From Octopus sinensis (taxonomy: Eukaryota), in NCBI RefSeq assembly GCF_006345805.1, contig NC_043000.1, positions 97,712,001 through 97,776,000 on the forward strand: a stretch of DNA of 64,000 nucleotides. Reading direction: 5' to 3'. Made by a program: the position numbers and the translations under genes. Positions 41,800-57,034 of this stretch are shown piece by piece; the stretch's first letter is position 1; every line of letters begins with the position of its first letter. Under the pieces are notes generated by a model, which was given only the letters and a program-made list of their open reading frames with translations, did no database searches and was not told the origin of the DNA.

Positions 41800-41942
41800 C
41801 ATTTCCATTTACAAAATCCACACACAAAGCATTGGTCAACGTGGGTTAAAGGAGACACTTGTCCAAGATTCAATGTAATGAGACTGAACCCACGACCATA
41901 CAGTTGGGAAGCAAACTTCATACCACAGAGCCACACCCATGC
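41800..41942 (-). mobile_element. tRNA-derived SINE head
   Basis: ccatttacaaaatccacacacaaagcattgg...gactgaacccacgaccat...cacagagccacaccc. Confidence 0.7.
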
Positions 41943-44900
41943 CTTAAAAATGAAGTTTACAAATCGAGATAAGTTCATATTAATAAGTTTATTACATAAA
42001 CTTGACTGGATTTTATTAAAAGATTATGTACTCAATCTTTTCTGGACAGTCAATACTTCACATAAAAAAAGAAAGAGTATTATAATCTCAGATTTGTGTG
42101 CTTAACAACAATAACACCACCACACACAAACGCACAGTTTATTGTGTTTTCCATATGCTCAAGAACTGGATGCCATGACAATCAAAGTTACCTGATTACA
42201 TCTGCTTTCTTCATCCCATTTCGTCTACTGTCAATCAGTTCAATATTGATGTATAGATAATTCAGATCAGAGTTGATCTTGACTATTCAGCACTTGTTAG
42301 TATGTCATGCAAATACTTCCATCTAATACACTACTGCCCACTCCCTGTATGTATATACACCTGTGTGTACATGCTTTTACATATACACACACATATGTGC
42401 GTTCACTTGTTTTGTTCTTTATTCATGCTAGCACAGGTTAAATGTATGTATATGTACGCAAGTGTCTGTATGTACTGTAAAAATGACAATTGTTAAAGCT
42501 GCCCTAACATAAATACCTACTCAGGTAGAAATGTAAGCTAATTCTTACTCCAGTCCATTACCCCTTCATACTAGCCCAATAACTGTCTTTTTAACAAAGT
42601 CTCTTGGCAATAACTAACTCAAATCTTTCTTTAAATATTTAACCAAGATCAGTTACTATAAAATGTCTCAAATTAAGCTTACCCCTTCCTCCTTCCCAAT
42701 CTTTCTTTCAAATCCTGCTGATTTGATATTTTAGAGGGTTTAAAGCTACACTGTGGTGTAGGTAGTGTGTAGTTCTATGATTTAAGCAGAATGTCATCAG
42801 CTCTCTAACAAACGGACAACAAACTAAATGTGAACAGTGCCGAAAAAAGTAAGATAATATCATTGATATGTCTGCTTGTGTGCACATTGCATTTCTCCAA
42901 AATTATGACTCAGCAGCAAATACTAAATTACAGAACACAACATTCACCCCATCCCCCAAGATGCATAATCAACATCTTTAAGTTTCCTACTGCACATCCA
43001 CCACAGATGTAATAGCTCTTATGTGTCATTTGTGTGCATTTCATATTGAAATCTAGATATTGACAAGTAGAACTGAAAGCTTGCTCTGGAGTCAACAAGT
43101 ATGAGTTTTCAAGGGGAGAGGAATGGGGAATAGATGTTTATAAATAGTGTAAGTTAATGGTGATCACTTCAACATACATTTAAATCTGAAGAGGTATTTT
43201 ACACCTAACATTTTTACTCTCATTCCCTACTCCATTCCATATCAACATGGGCAAAATGTTTTTAAAATGTTTTTAAGGATTCCTAAGGAGGAAGGAATGT
43301 TGCACATGACATTCACAAATTCTGTGAGACTGATGCAAGTGAAAAGGTTCATATTTAGTTGAAACATCTGAAAGTCAATGCCTTCAAGAAAAGCCTGGCA
43401 ACAAGAATATTCAAGAGGTTGACGTTCTGAAGATGGAGAATAATGAGGAGTGGATAGTGTGGGATTTCGGACCTCAGGAAAATACTTGTACTTTTTAATA
43501 TCAACTATCCTACAATAAGTTCATTAAAATGATAAGGGTATAATACTGTATGTATACCAGGGTTTTGTGTTAGAAAAGATTATAAATACTCTAACCACTA
43601 TGTTTTAGTCAACAGAAGTCAACTGTATTGATTGCATACTGATGGTAACAACTGAATATAAAAATGTTTATCAATTGACTAATTCACATATAAGATAAAA
43701 ATTGGTCTCCTTTGACCAATTTTGTGGCAAATTATAGTAAATTAAATTATCCCAGTACTCTATCAAATTAATACTACTTAATTGATCTTGGGAACATGAC
43801 AAAAGATTTAAACTCAGAACAAGGAAATACTTTAAATATTGTCAATCTCTGGGGTATTATACATCTAAGATTACATTTTCCACTGTATCCCTCTTCTTGT
43901 GTGATTTGCATGAGATTTGGTGGCTATTTCTAGAAAAACAAATGACCTCATAGAGGTACTTTCATTTGCATTGTATATGTGTATCAGAGATGCATTCATA
44001 CTACTGGCATTAGTGAAGATGACCTAGTTAGCTGGAACATCTAAGATTAATTTCCAATGAATATCAGTATTATATTCTCCTGTATTGATTTATATGGTAG
44101 AAGTTATTTATTAAAGATGATAATAAAACCAAGAAACAATTCTAGGTAGTAAAGGTATTCTAAGTAGATGTTCCAGAACAAAACTCATGTTTCATTAAGA
44201 GTAATGCCAATGTTGGCAAATAAATAGACAGTTTCTTGGCAGTTTGTTCAATCTATATTGAGTACATAGCATATAATCAATCCAATCTAATAAAGAAATA
44301 ATGAATAAGATTTTCTACATAAAACATTACAAAGACCAATGTCTTTGTAATGTTTTATCACAGACTAATTTACTTTAAACTAAAATTGATGGATGCTTAT
44401 GGGTTTTGCAAATTGAAACGTTTGCAGTGTCATGGAGTAAAGATGTCCTTCATTATTATTATTATTATTATTGTTATTATTATTCTATAACAGACTTCAA
44501 AAGTTGAATCTAATTATTGACAGGTATATATGTGTGGCAGTGCACTTAGAAAGTTCACTTTGCAGTCAACATATGATACCATGGACAAATTAAAAACTAT
44601 GAAAGCTATTTTACCCATATTGGCTTAGGGTTCAAAAATAAAAAGAAGAAAAAAAAACATTGCAAAAATGTGTGTAAAATAATTTTCCAGATTTGAAATG
44701 TTCAACCAAAGACTTGTAAGTAAGTACCCGTTCTTGGTAGATTCAACCAGAGATTGCTTCTTAGGCACAAGGTCAGTAATTTTGAGGGGAAGGGATTAGT
44801 TGATTACATCAACCCCATTACTTTATTTGAACAATCCCAGATGAATGGAAGATAAAGCTGGCTTCAGCAGGATATGAGCTCAAAAACGTTAAAGAGCCAG

Positions 44901-47900
44901 GACAAATGCTGCAAGGATTTGACACTCCAATTCTGCCAGCTTGCTGCCACTCAAAGTCAGCAATACTGAGGGGAGAAAGTAGTCAATTATACCAGCCTCA
45001 ATATTAGAATAATACTTTATTTTATCAAGCACGAAAAGATGAAAACAAAGCCAATTCTGGTGGGAGTCGAACTCTATATAAAGAACAGAAAGAAATAACA
45101 CAAAGCCTTTTCTCCAGTGTTCTAATGATTCTCCTAGTCATCTGCCTTAATACTAATAACAAAATGGTTGATCACAGCAATTATTATTGGTCAACACAAT
45201 CATATCAGACAATTATTATTATTATTATTATTAGAAGCTTGAACCTAGGAAAATATGTATAGAAAAATAAGAATGAAGCAAGGATCAGAAGATAAATATA
45301 GAAATGGCAAAACATTTTATATACATTGGGTATACAGTATTGAAAGAAAGATGGAGATAAGTAGAATGACATAGCAGGAGATTAACAATATTAAGAGCTT
45401 GGTTTCTTAAAGAGAGTGCTGAAATGCAAAGTCATGAACTTATAATGACAGTGAATCAAGAGGATTTGGTAAAATATAAGGAATAACTTGTCTTCATTTC
45501 AAGATTATTCAAGTAGAGTGTAACCAAGAACATAAGAGGTAACAGTAAAGATTTAATTTTAGCTGGAGACTGCATTGGTTGTCTGCTCCAAGATCAAGAT
45601 ATCAGAGAATGAGGACAGTGAAATAATGAAATATGGCAAGAAATATAGAGTTGTAAAATTGAGTTAGCACTGCACTGAATCTAAATTACCAGTTAAAAGA
45701 GAAAGAAAGCAGGGGAAATGTCTTCAAATAAGTTGATGAAAGAGAGAAGTACGTAGAAAACAAATCAAGAATAAGATTGATCAAGTGAGGAAAAAAAAAA
45801 GAAAAGAGAAAAAAAAATCTCATCAATTTTGTATCAGTGTTTGTTGGAAATGAAATAGATATTTATTTCATGGTTTAAAAAAAAAATGCCTAAGGAAGAC
45901 TTCATTTTCCAGTTTCAGGAAAAATGAAATCAAAACAATTTGTTAATTTATGCACGTCTTTTCACAGAACTTCAAGAGTGCCATATAGAAAAGAAAAGAA
46001 AAAAACTTAGTAGATAGAAACAAAATGCAGCAAGAGATAAATGTAAGCAAAATGACAAGAGTAAACATTTTGCGTAGGCAATTGTAAACAAAGAAAATGT
46101 TTGTACACGTTACTCAAAATAGAATAGAGAAAGAAAGAAAAATGTTAATTGAAGATATAAGTAAAACATGCATCTTAGTCGAGACCAATCCACTTTTGCT
46201 TCTAAAATACAGAATCTGTTATAATTTTATTTGAGAAACTTTTAAGTTAATTTTCCAGTCACCAACTAAATATGCTGATAAATAGTAAATTAAATGAAGG
46301 TGACTTCATGCAAACAATTACTCAAGCTGCTAGAGAAAGCAACCAAACCACCCTAAACTAACATGTTTTTAGTAAAGAATACATTGGATATTATAATTTT
46401 AGATACAGTGTATGTGAAAATAAGAGATGTGATGGCTGTGGCTGGAACACACTTGAACACAAGCCTATTCAATCAGTTCTGATAGGGATGAACATGTTTT
46501 GTTACCATATTTCTTTTGAAGTTCATTGTTTTCTTTAAATTCATTTTGGAAATAAGGGTACTAAAATAATTTTATTATTAAGCTGTTTGAATTTTAAAGG
46601 GAAGTTTAAAATTAGATCACTTTAAAACAGAGCCAGGAGAGTGTCAGGCAAGTTGGTATGAAAAGAGTTAACCTTTTAACATTTAAACCAGCCATATACA
46701 CCCCAAGCACATTCAGTCTGCTTATGTCCAAACTGACCAGATCTGATTTCTCACACCTCCCCAACAACGTCCTTCAAAAACATATACAATCACATCATTG
46801 AAATCTCAAAGCCACAAGATAATGCATGATCAATTCAAAACAACATAAATAAATAAGTGTTGCATTTGACACAACCAATGCAAAAAAAAAAAAAAAACAG
46901 AAATCAGTGTTAACTGTTCAACACTCAAACTGGCCATATCTGGCCAAAAATATTCAAACAAGCCAGATCTAGCCTCTCACACCTATCCAACAATGCCATT
47001 CTAAAAACAAAACAATCACATCATTGAAATTTCAAAGCGATGAGATAAAGTATGATTAATTCAAAACAATGTGAATGAATAGGACAGAGGAAGCCACTCC
47101 AAATTCTTGATTATTTTCAAATTGAACTGAAGCTTAATGTATTTCATTAGAAACACACTCAAAAGAATTAAAGTACTATACTTTAAAGAACTGATACTAA
47201 ATACAATATAGAAATAGAGAATAGAGTTTGCTTGACTAAAGAAATTAATGGAATTAAGTTTTCAGTCTTGTATCTAAGATGTTAAATAGCTGAAAGGATA
47301 AGGGGAAACCAACAAAGGTTAATAGCATGAGGTTATGATATTCAACAAATGCCAGCACTTGGCCCCTGTTGTTTAACCCTAGGAGAGAACTGAACTAGGA
47401 AACCTAAAATCAAAGGTATTCCAGCAGTGACAATCTGTTTTATTTTCCTTCAGATAATGTATTTTGGGCAACATTCTTCAATGTGTCCTTTCCTTTTTTG
47501 CAAAGCAGAAACTGATTTGAAGGTGATCTGGTTGTTGTTTTTTCTAGTAAGCTGAGGTATTGTACAAGAGGCTCCCTCTGGTGAGTATCAGGTGTATTTA
47601 TGTATAATGTGCACTGTTTTTCCAAATGTTTATTTTTAACCTAAAAATTAAAGGTGGATAAAAAACTAAAAGCTATTTTTGCCTTTTATCAAAAGTCTAA
47701 AATGTACACAATTTATGTCCCATGAAATTACACAAAAAACATGAATACAATAGTTTAAAATGTTTTCTGCTTGAAAATTGTAAATGCTGTTTCAGCTTAT
47801 TAAGATTTTGGCTACAAAAAAAAAAAAAAAAACTTTTTGAAGTTAGCACAGAGGGGAGAAAAAACCAAAAAATCAATATTTTGAAATATGCACTCCAAAA

Positions 47901-48214
47901 CATATATAAATTTGTTTTTCAAGAAAGTAAATAAAAGTAAATGTGCATTCCCTTCAAATTACAAAAAACAGTTTAAAAAATAAAAAAAAATTTTGCAGGC
48001 TTGTTATTCATATTTTAAAGAGTAGACCTTCATTTTATATACAACCAGTAGAGCAACAAACAAGCAAACAGGTATGGAATCAAACTAACACTGCATAAAA
48101 AGTTGTGATTTGAATGAAAAGTGGTTGCTATTTCTAGCATGTCTAGCTAACATGCAGATGCCTCATTTATTGATTCTATGTATTACTGCACTTTGCAATA
48201 TTACATGCATAGCC

Positions 48215-48370
48215 GTGTGGCTCATAAGTTTGCATTGAAACTATGTTGTTTCAAGTTCAGTCCCACTGAATGGCACCTTAGGCAAATGAATATATAGCTC
48301 TGCATTAACTAATGCCTTCAAGTGAATTTGAGAGACAGAAATTTAGGAAGTCTGTTGTATATGTATGAAT
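48215..48370 (+). mobile_element. tRNA-derived SINE head
   Basis: agccgtgtggctcataagtttgc...gttcagtcccactgaatggcacc. Confidence 0.65.
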
Positions 48371-48708
48371 GTGCACAGATGCTGACAGCCCATGTTTCAT
48401 GAATACATCATTATCATCATTTAATGTCTGTTTCCCACGCTGGGATGGGTTGAACAGCCCGCTGGAAAACTGCCTGGGCCCCATTTTATCTATTTTCCTA
48501 ACATTATAACCACTTTAGAGAGTGCACAGGGTGCTTTTAACAAGGCACTGGCATGAGCGCTTTTATGTGGTAGACACTGTCATTATGTTCAAGGAGTCAC
48601 AGTGAAGGGGTCTACCTAACATTGAGTTTGGGTATTGTGAAGCAATCTTTATCTATTAAGTGTAAAGTTTTGCAGTTGAATATGTCATGTCATGTTGTAC
48701 GTGTGTGT

Positions 48709-48812
<104 letters not shown>

Positions 48813-50049
48813 TGGTTGGCTACCAATATCACCCATAGAGGTTAAGTTTTGTTATATTCTATGGTGGTGCTTCACTACAGAAAGGAGAAAGACAGGTAAG
48901 AAGCAGAGAATGGAGGAGAGAGAGAATGAAATTTGAGTAATTGGAAATGATCCATAATTAAAAACAACCTGTGATGATTGCAGAGAAATGAGTAACTAGT
49001 AAAAAATAGCATTTAAATGAGCAATACAATCATCCTGATATGTAAACTACACCATTAACAACAACTGCTAGGTAACACCACTAACCTGACAGAAAATAGC
49101 AAGCAAATCTCCCTCAGACTTCACCATACCATCTTACAAAGGAAGAATGAGTTGGATAATGTCCTGAATAAACTATCTGAATATGGCTGGGGCATCTCTG
49201 AGCAATCATATCTGACCTGAAGCTAAACAACAAAAAAAGCAACATCTCTACTACCACTAAGAGCTAATGAAGGAGCTTGTGAGCTGTTATTTAGTCTGTT
49301 GGAAATGGTAACCAAATCTCCTTAAAACTAAACACAATTGCTTAAAAAAATGGAATGATACATTGCATAATGTAGCCCTAGATACATTAAAAACAAAGTG
49401 GTCATAACAGGAAAGTAGCCCTTGAGTACAAGTCTGTTCAAATTGGGGTCAAGTAACAACAAACATCACCAACAGTAGGCACTTCCATTGATCAGATCAA
49501 TTGGAACTCTTGCCATCATAACTGAGTAAGAGCCAGTAACTTCCATCCTGCTGTCTTAAATAAGGAAAGAACAAATTGTGTCTGGATTTCTGAAATAATA
49601 ACTATCATTATTATACAGCAATATATTGGAACCAGAGTCATAATTACAATGTCTGGTGATTGTGCACATTGGCCTTGCCTGTTCTATGTCTAACACTTGT
49701 GGACATGCTTAAAAAAAAAAAAAACCCAGCAGTGTCTTTCAGAAATATTTTTTGCATGCTCAGAATTGCTGAAGCATGGAATAAACTACTGAATTAGCTG
49801 ATAGCAGTTGAGACACTATATCTTTCAAAATTTCCCTGAAATTCACCAACAATACGCCTGATGAACCCCGTTCCCATCTTTTTTTGTTTTTTTTTTACAA
49901 AAAATTATTCCCTGTTCACTTCCTGTGCATATTCTATGTAAAGTTCATGTGGTTTTGGTTACTTTTCCTGATGAATTGTAGTGCACCTGAACACTGTATA
50001 TAATAAATTCTTTATCATTTTATAATTGATATTTGGTAATCCTTTATAT

Positions 50050-50370
50050 TTTATTTGTTTCAGTCATTAGACTGCAGCCATGTTGTGGCACCACCTTGAA
50101 TAATTTTAGTTAAGTGAATCAACTCCAGTACTGCAGTACTTTTATTTTTTAGCCTGTTTTTTTCCCACTAAACTGCTAAGTTACAGGGACATAAACAAAT
50201 CAACACCAGTTGTCAAGCGGTGGTGGAAGACAAACACAGAGATATGTACATATACATGATGGGCTTCTTTCAGCTTCCATCAACCAAATCTATTCACAAA
50301 GGTTTGGTTGACCCAAGGCTATAGAAAACACTATAGAAGACTGAACTTGGAGCCATGTGGTTTGGAAAGT
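50050..50370 (-). mobile_element. Decayed tRNA-derived SINE
   Basis: ttgtttcagtcattagactgcagccatg...cccactaaactgctaagttac...gggcttctttcagcttcc. Confidence 0.65.
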
Positions 50371-53300
50371 TTTTGGTATTTCAAACTAAATCCTTTATTA
50401 AATTTGTGTAGGTAGATTGTTCTTATTCTGTTGTCCATATTAGAAGTATTCTCAGACAGGTTATTCTCCAATTGTTGCTGATGCTAACTTATTTTGCTTA
50501 AACCAGAATATTGTCTGCCTGATTGAGTGATTGAACTCACACCCATTAGCTAAACTATTACAATTAACACCTGACACTTAACAATTTCATTCACTGTCTT
50601 ACAGCTCCAAAAGACAATTAGATATTGGAAATTAGGAGCTTTAGATCTAATTAGACTGGATAATGGCTGGGCACAGCCTACCTGGGGCTAAAAAACCACC
50701 ACCAACATCAACAACTCTGGCTAACATCCCCCACTACAGCCACCACCTACTGCATCCTTGTTGTAACAAAAACACCTTGATGATAATTCTACCAGCCTAC
50801 ATTAACTGAATTTATTGATCAACTCTCAATTACATATATTCAGTCTAGCTAATAATAGTCAATTTTTTTCCTTGTTTATTTTACCATTACACAGTACATT
50901 TCCAAATACACACACATACAAAATACTTTTGCTACAGTTGTAAAATTAAACAACAGCAAACATTTACTGATGAAAGAACTCAATACTTTTAGTGAAGTCA
51001 AATTTATAACATATACTGTTTTCTTTTTTTGTCATTTGCATCTTATTCAACCAGTGTGCAGTTTATTTAAACAGACTGAATAAGTTGCAAGTAGCTAAAG
51101 GCTCAGTCAATCTGACATGTATAATACAAAGATATACACATACATACTATACTGATCTGGTGTGCGTGTGCACAAAGAAAAGCATTCCCCATAAGTTTTT
51201 AGTAGTTCACTGGCTCCTGCATCCTTTTCATTTTTTTAAAAGTATTTTTCTAGTTTATTTTTTAAATTCCATTCTCTACATTCATTATTTATCCACTCGT
51301 TCTCTCTCTCCCTAGATTCCTTATTTCTCTTGTTTTTTCTGAAGAAGGACTAATGCCTAGAATATTAATACACTTCAAAAGTATCAAATTAATGCCGTAT
51401 TCATCACACTTTGTATTTTTTGCATTGTTATCTCTGTTTTTTAATGTATTTTGACTTTACACACATATACACACCATATTTTCCAGACGAGTTAACTTTT
51501 TCAGACCAAAATGTACAGCAAAAGAAGATAGGTCGACTTATGCACTTGTTTACACTATTTACTAAGTTGACCTGTAAGCTGAAAATACAATTTATCTATC
51601 TACCTATTATATCCTTATAGAGAAATGAATACACTGCAACAGTGCAATAACAACAATATTTTAAGAACCAGCAATCCAACAAGCTAACTCAAACTGTAAA
51701 CTTAAAACTATCAACAACTACCTCACTTACTCAGACCACTACTATTTATATGTAGTGGTCCAGTCCATTCTCACCAAGGGGCATTGTACTCTTGCACAAC
51801 TATCTATCATCATTTAATGTCTTATCTCTCTCTCTCTCTCTCAACACACACACACACACACATATTATCATCATCATTTAACATCCACTTCCAAGCTGAC
51901 ATGGGTTGGACAGTTTGACATAGAATTGGCTAACAGGGTGTTACCCTCTGTCCAACTGTCTGTTGTGGCATGGTTTCTATGGTTGGATGCCCTTCCTAAT
52001 GCCAATCAATGTGCTGGGTGCTGTTTACATGCTGCTGTCATCTATCTACACACAGACCTATATACATGTGTATAGTATTACAAACTATATATTATATATT
52101 TATAAGACTTGTTTATTTGATGTGATTGTTCACATTGGTTCATTTTACGTCCTATAACTTAGTGGCTTGATGCACAGATTAACAAAATAATTAGGTAGGC
52201 AAGAATAAATTACAAGATCAATGTGATTGTGATGATATACTTTTATTTAGTGCCCCAGCATGGCCACTGTCAAATGACAAAAACCAGTAAAAGAATGCAT
52301 GCATGTGCATGTACATACAATGAGTGTAAAACTTAAAAGTTTATTTATTCAGAGAGAGATAACTAGATGAAGAGATTCTTCACTATTTAAAAAGAAAGAG
52401 TTATTCTAAACAGCTCCAAAACATTAAATTTTGATTACACTACTACTACTACAAACAACTACAGCAACAACAACTGGTAACCATACAGGCAAAACTAATT
52501 AGATTGTCAAGATAACAGAATTTATCAAATAAATCATTACAACAATTTTATAATCTCTTAAATGCACTATCTACTGAGTCAATCAATGCACAGGGAAGTA
52601 TAGCTTTGTTGTCAGTTTAGTGTATAAAAAGCTTGGGGATAAATGCTGGATCTCTTCATCGAACAAAATGTCCATGTAGTTAATGTACTGTACACCTAGT
52701 AATTCTGTTTTTGATATATTATGCTCCTCCACCAATATCAATGAGGTTCTGAAAACATAAGTTTGTGTTCTGTAAAGAGGGGTGACTTTTGGGACTTGAA
52801 GTAGAGTCTTTCAATATAGATACAAGATATCACTGATTTCTTTGGATTCTAGTTTTCTTTGTCATGTTTCCACTTAGTTGAAGACTTTTTGGAATGTCAT
52901 GACATGCAACGCTTTGTCTTTTGGGGATGCTGAGTATTGGGTTTGGGAAAGTAGTGCTTTTATTAACACCATTGTCCAATCTGTTTATGCATACCAGTTG
53001 TTTTCTCCAAGCCAGAACAGAACAATTAGGCTATGATCAAAGATATTCAAGCTTTGAGAGAGAACTAGGCACTGTTTCTAGCAGACTGAACAGCCAGCTG
53101 TATATTGGGTTCCATGGTGACTCAATATTTATTAGGTTCTGATAGTGGTGGTCATGCTGTTTGTGCACCTCAATTTTACTATACATGCTGGTTTACATTA
53201 CTCAGTCACCTTTTTAAACTGAAGAAAAAAAAATCTAAAATTAACAATATTTGGATTTTTTTATGAAAAAAAAAAAATTCTTCTGACAATATGAAGGAAC

Positions 53301-53763
53301 ACTTAGCATTTAATTGGCACCTGTTGCAGTCTACACTTCTGAAGTAATTTAAATGCTTCATTATTTTGAAAATTTACTTGAATGTATGATCACAGTGTAG
53401 TAGTTCTATTAGACATGAGATCTCAAAAGAATTTAAAAGAACCAGTTGTTGAATGTAATAACATGAGTGACACAGCAGTTTTATACAGAGAATTCATGGG
53501 AATGGAGTGACAGTTCATATATCTATATAAATGAAGTTTTAAATGCAACTGGGGTCTTTGAGAAGATATATTTACATTAACCGAACTGGTTTCTGAGAAG
53601 TGAGAAAGTTACTGTAGAGTCCCATATCCCTATATCTTTTACTGTTTTTGAAATAGTGGTAGCAGTTAAGTTAATGCAAATAAATCTTTTTTTTAAAGAC
53701 TACGAGTGATTTTCATCTTCATTTCTCTGTATTTATGAGATGAGTGAAAAGATTCTATTTTTC

Positions 53764-53794
<31 letters not shown>

Positions 53795-54774
53795 TTACTA
53801 GTTGGCCACTGCCAAGTAAGTACTCAAAATGATAATACCCCAAGAATAAAATTAAATTATTTCACTACAAACAACAATGCGTTTCAATCTTGTGTAAAAT
53901 TGAAGCCTATTGCAGTTTGTAACAAAATTTGGAGCTAAGGATTCCCATTCCTACATGGAGTTTTACAATTGTGTACAATCATTTTCATGCATATATCTGT
54001 CTCAAGTATCAGACAAGCACAAGCATGAAACTCAGAGTAGCAATGGAGTCGATGAATAATAATTAACTTTATATGTAGTGTAGTCTTTTTTTCTTTGCAT
54101 TTGTGAACATTTATATATATGTAAAAATATTAAAACTGATATTAAATAATGAAACAACAAAAACACAAAAGTGTTCCTTATTGTTCAAGCGGACAAAGAA
54201 AAAGGAACTATGCATCTTTATGTAGGAACAGTACATTAACCAATATTGCTATAAAATTCTGAAAAATAGAGTTCTGAAGAATCAATATTAAGCTGTCAGA
54301 AATACTACAACAGATAACAACAGTAACAATAATAATAATAAAAAAAACAACAACAATACACAAGAGAGAAAAAGTGCACTAAGTGCACAACCTGATAGTC
54401 TTTTAGGGTCAGGTTTACATTGGAAACAGGTTTATTGATTAGATATTTTCAATTGAATTAATAATGGTAATAAAAGAAAAATATAATACTTGTAATGATT
54501 GGTAATGAGAGCAAGAGTGATGAGTTTTTAAGTTGATGACAAGGAGGATGGACATATATTAGATGAAATATTATGCAACAGATGAAGATTCAAAACTTCT
54601 CATTCAAAGAAACTGGATACCACCTGTATCTCCCCACCCTGCCTTCAATATATCCATTTGTGATCTAAAGAGAAAGAAAGTGAATAAAAAAAAAACTATC
54701 TTGACTATCTTTTAAATATTATATTTTTAGTAAGAGAACTCACTAAATATATTTTATTATCTTCAATTTGTTTC

Positions 54775-55042
54775 TGTCATTAGACTGCTGCCATGATGGG
54801 GTTATCATCATGAATGGGTTTTTGGTTGAATAAATTGACCTCAGTATTTTTTACCACCACCACCCGCCATGCACACACATAACAAGCTTCTTTCAATTTC
54901 CATCTACTAAATCCACTCACAAGGCTTTGGTTGGCCCAAGGCTATAGCAGAAAACACCTGTCCAAAGTGTCATGCAGTGGGACTGAACCCAGAACAATGT
55001 GGTTGGGGAGCAAACTTCTTATCACACAGCCACACCTCTGCC
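54775..55042 (-). mobile_element. tRNA-derived SINE
   Basis: gtcattagactgctgccatg...ctactaaatccactcacaaggctttgg...gcagtgggactgaacccag...cacacagccacacc. Confidence 0.75.
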
Positions 55043-57034
55043 TATATAGAACTCTGAAGAAAATGTAAAAAGCAATGTATGAATGGAGACAATTCTATGA
55101 AAAACACGGCTAACTTATGACGAATTTCTAAGCTTCTATGCAGTAACTCAATCCGAAAAATAACAACTAAATACCTGTCAAAGAATGCTATATTGTGTTA
55201 AAGAAATTAAAAAAAGACCAATACTGTAAATAATGCGATCATATATGTACTATGCCTAAATAAAACATAACAAAACGGGATGGTCAAGGCTGGAATGAGT
55301 TTTTAAATGGAGTACAGCACGGTGCTAAGAACAATAATTAAAAATCTGGAGCGAAAGGAATGATTCTGGGGAACATTAATGACACTATCAAATGCATGGC
55401 TAGCATAAAGATCTTATACCAAGTAATGAAACCAGGTAAAATTCTTGGCATACTGCAAGGTTACTTCTTATTGATCACCACAACTGCCATAAGAATACAA
55501 AACTTCAAATCTGCAGTAAAATGTGAATGGGATGTGATGTTCATGTCAATTCGAAGAACATTAGATAAGTGGCATATGTGAAATGATGCAAAAGGGTTAG
55601 ACACAAACTAGATCCTAAGTTGTAAGTGCATCTCTTCCAAACTTCTAGTATTTATTTTATGGATCTCAAAGGGATGAAAATCAAAGTCAATAGTGGTGGA
55701 ATTTGAAAGAATATCAATGTACAAAGCTAAATACTGTTATGATCATTGCTCTACCATTTTTGCCACTCCACTGATCTTTCACTATAATCAACATATTGTC
55801 TCTTACATTACGACAAGACCAAAACTTTATAGTGATCAATTAAATTGAACCGAAATATCCCAACTGCATTACTGGTAATTATATTTATCATTTGAAGTGA
55901 AATGAAGTGATGTAAAAGGATGTAACTACATATCACAAACCCTGCAACATTTTCAATGCTCTACTGCCCTTTAGATATGAGTAAAATAAAGCAACAATGT
56001 GAGAGCATTGTATTGTTATTGCTTCAGGAATTAATATAAAATAACCTGAAAGAATTTACTCAAAGCAAAACATGGAATTTTATAAAATATATGAAATAAA
56101 AATATCAAGATTATTGCTTTTTTTGTGTTTTCTTTTTTGCTGAGCAAAAATAATGGTTGATTCTATGAAATATTCCATCTTTTAAATTATACTGTTGCTT
56201 CAAGTATTATTAATAACTAGCAGTAAGTCATAAACATAGGATAACGATTAATATTTGTATTGATTTCTTCTGGAAAATTTAGGCAGAGGAAAGATGTTAT
56301 TGTTTAGCTGTGATGGAGCAGACCTATAACGAAAAATGCTCCTACCTTGACAATCTCACCAATTTTTTCATATATATCTAGGATTACATTATCCAATGTG
56401 GCCTTTATATTTACATATCCCATATAATAAAGCAAGATTTGAGGAAGTTCATCTTTCTTCCAAGTTGGACCACCATGAAGAGGATCATTTATCGCCTCAA
56501 AGAGAGCATGTATTAACACAGGTGGAAAATAAAAAAACAAGTGGGGAATAAATATCAATGCATTCTCCTTTTTTAAGAATGATTAAAAAATAAAAATGCT
56601 AGTTTACGTCCACTTATTCTATGATAATTTTCTTGCAAATGTTTAACTCTCTGTGTTGTTATTTTCTTTCTACCTGAGTAGTCAACAGGAAACAGAGCAT
56701 TTAATTTATCTTGTTGAGGTAACTACTTGAAGACACAAGAAGAAACTGTTCTTTAGGGGAAAAGGTGATACAAAACAATGGCTATTCGAACTTATGCGTA
56801 TGCCACCAGTATTTCAATAATTCTGTCTAAAAAAATCTCTTTAGTTTTGTTATTCAAGTGAACAGAAACAAAAAAATCAGAAAATACTTTCACCCGAAAT
56901 ACAAATATAAAAAATCAGAAAATAATGTCAATATTAAAAAACTACAATGACTATTTTACGTAAGAAATTGAAGAATTAGCTGCAAGGAAAATTCCTGGAC
57001 CAAACAGATGTTTTGAAGTTACAGAACTGATATA

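Noticed and set aside
49850-50010. ctgatga motifs suggesting a hammerhead ribozyme (Penelope-type)
   Set aside because: I could not find the GAAA core with supporting stems; it looks like a LINE 3' tail remnant.
52560-53145. Non-repetitive-looking stretch with ORF fragments, including DQRYSSFEREL (reminiscent of Gypsy RNase H) and a 75-codon minus-strand frame
   Set aside because: Motif spacing does not fit, there is no flanking RT or integrase, and no credible splice partners. At most a very old relic; a tBLASTn/HMM search would be needed.
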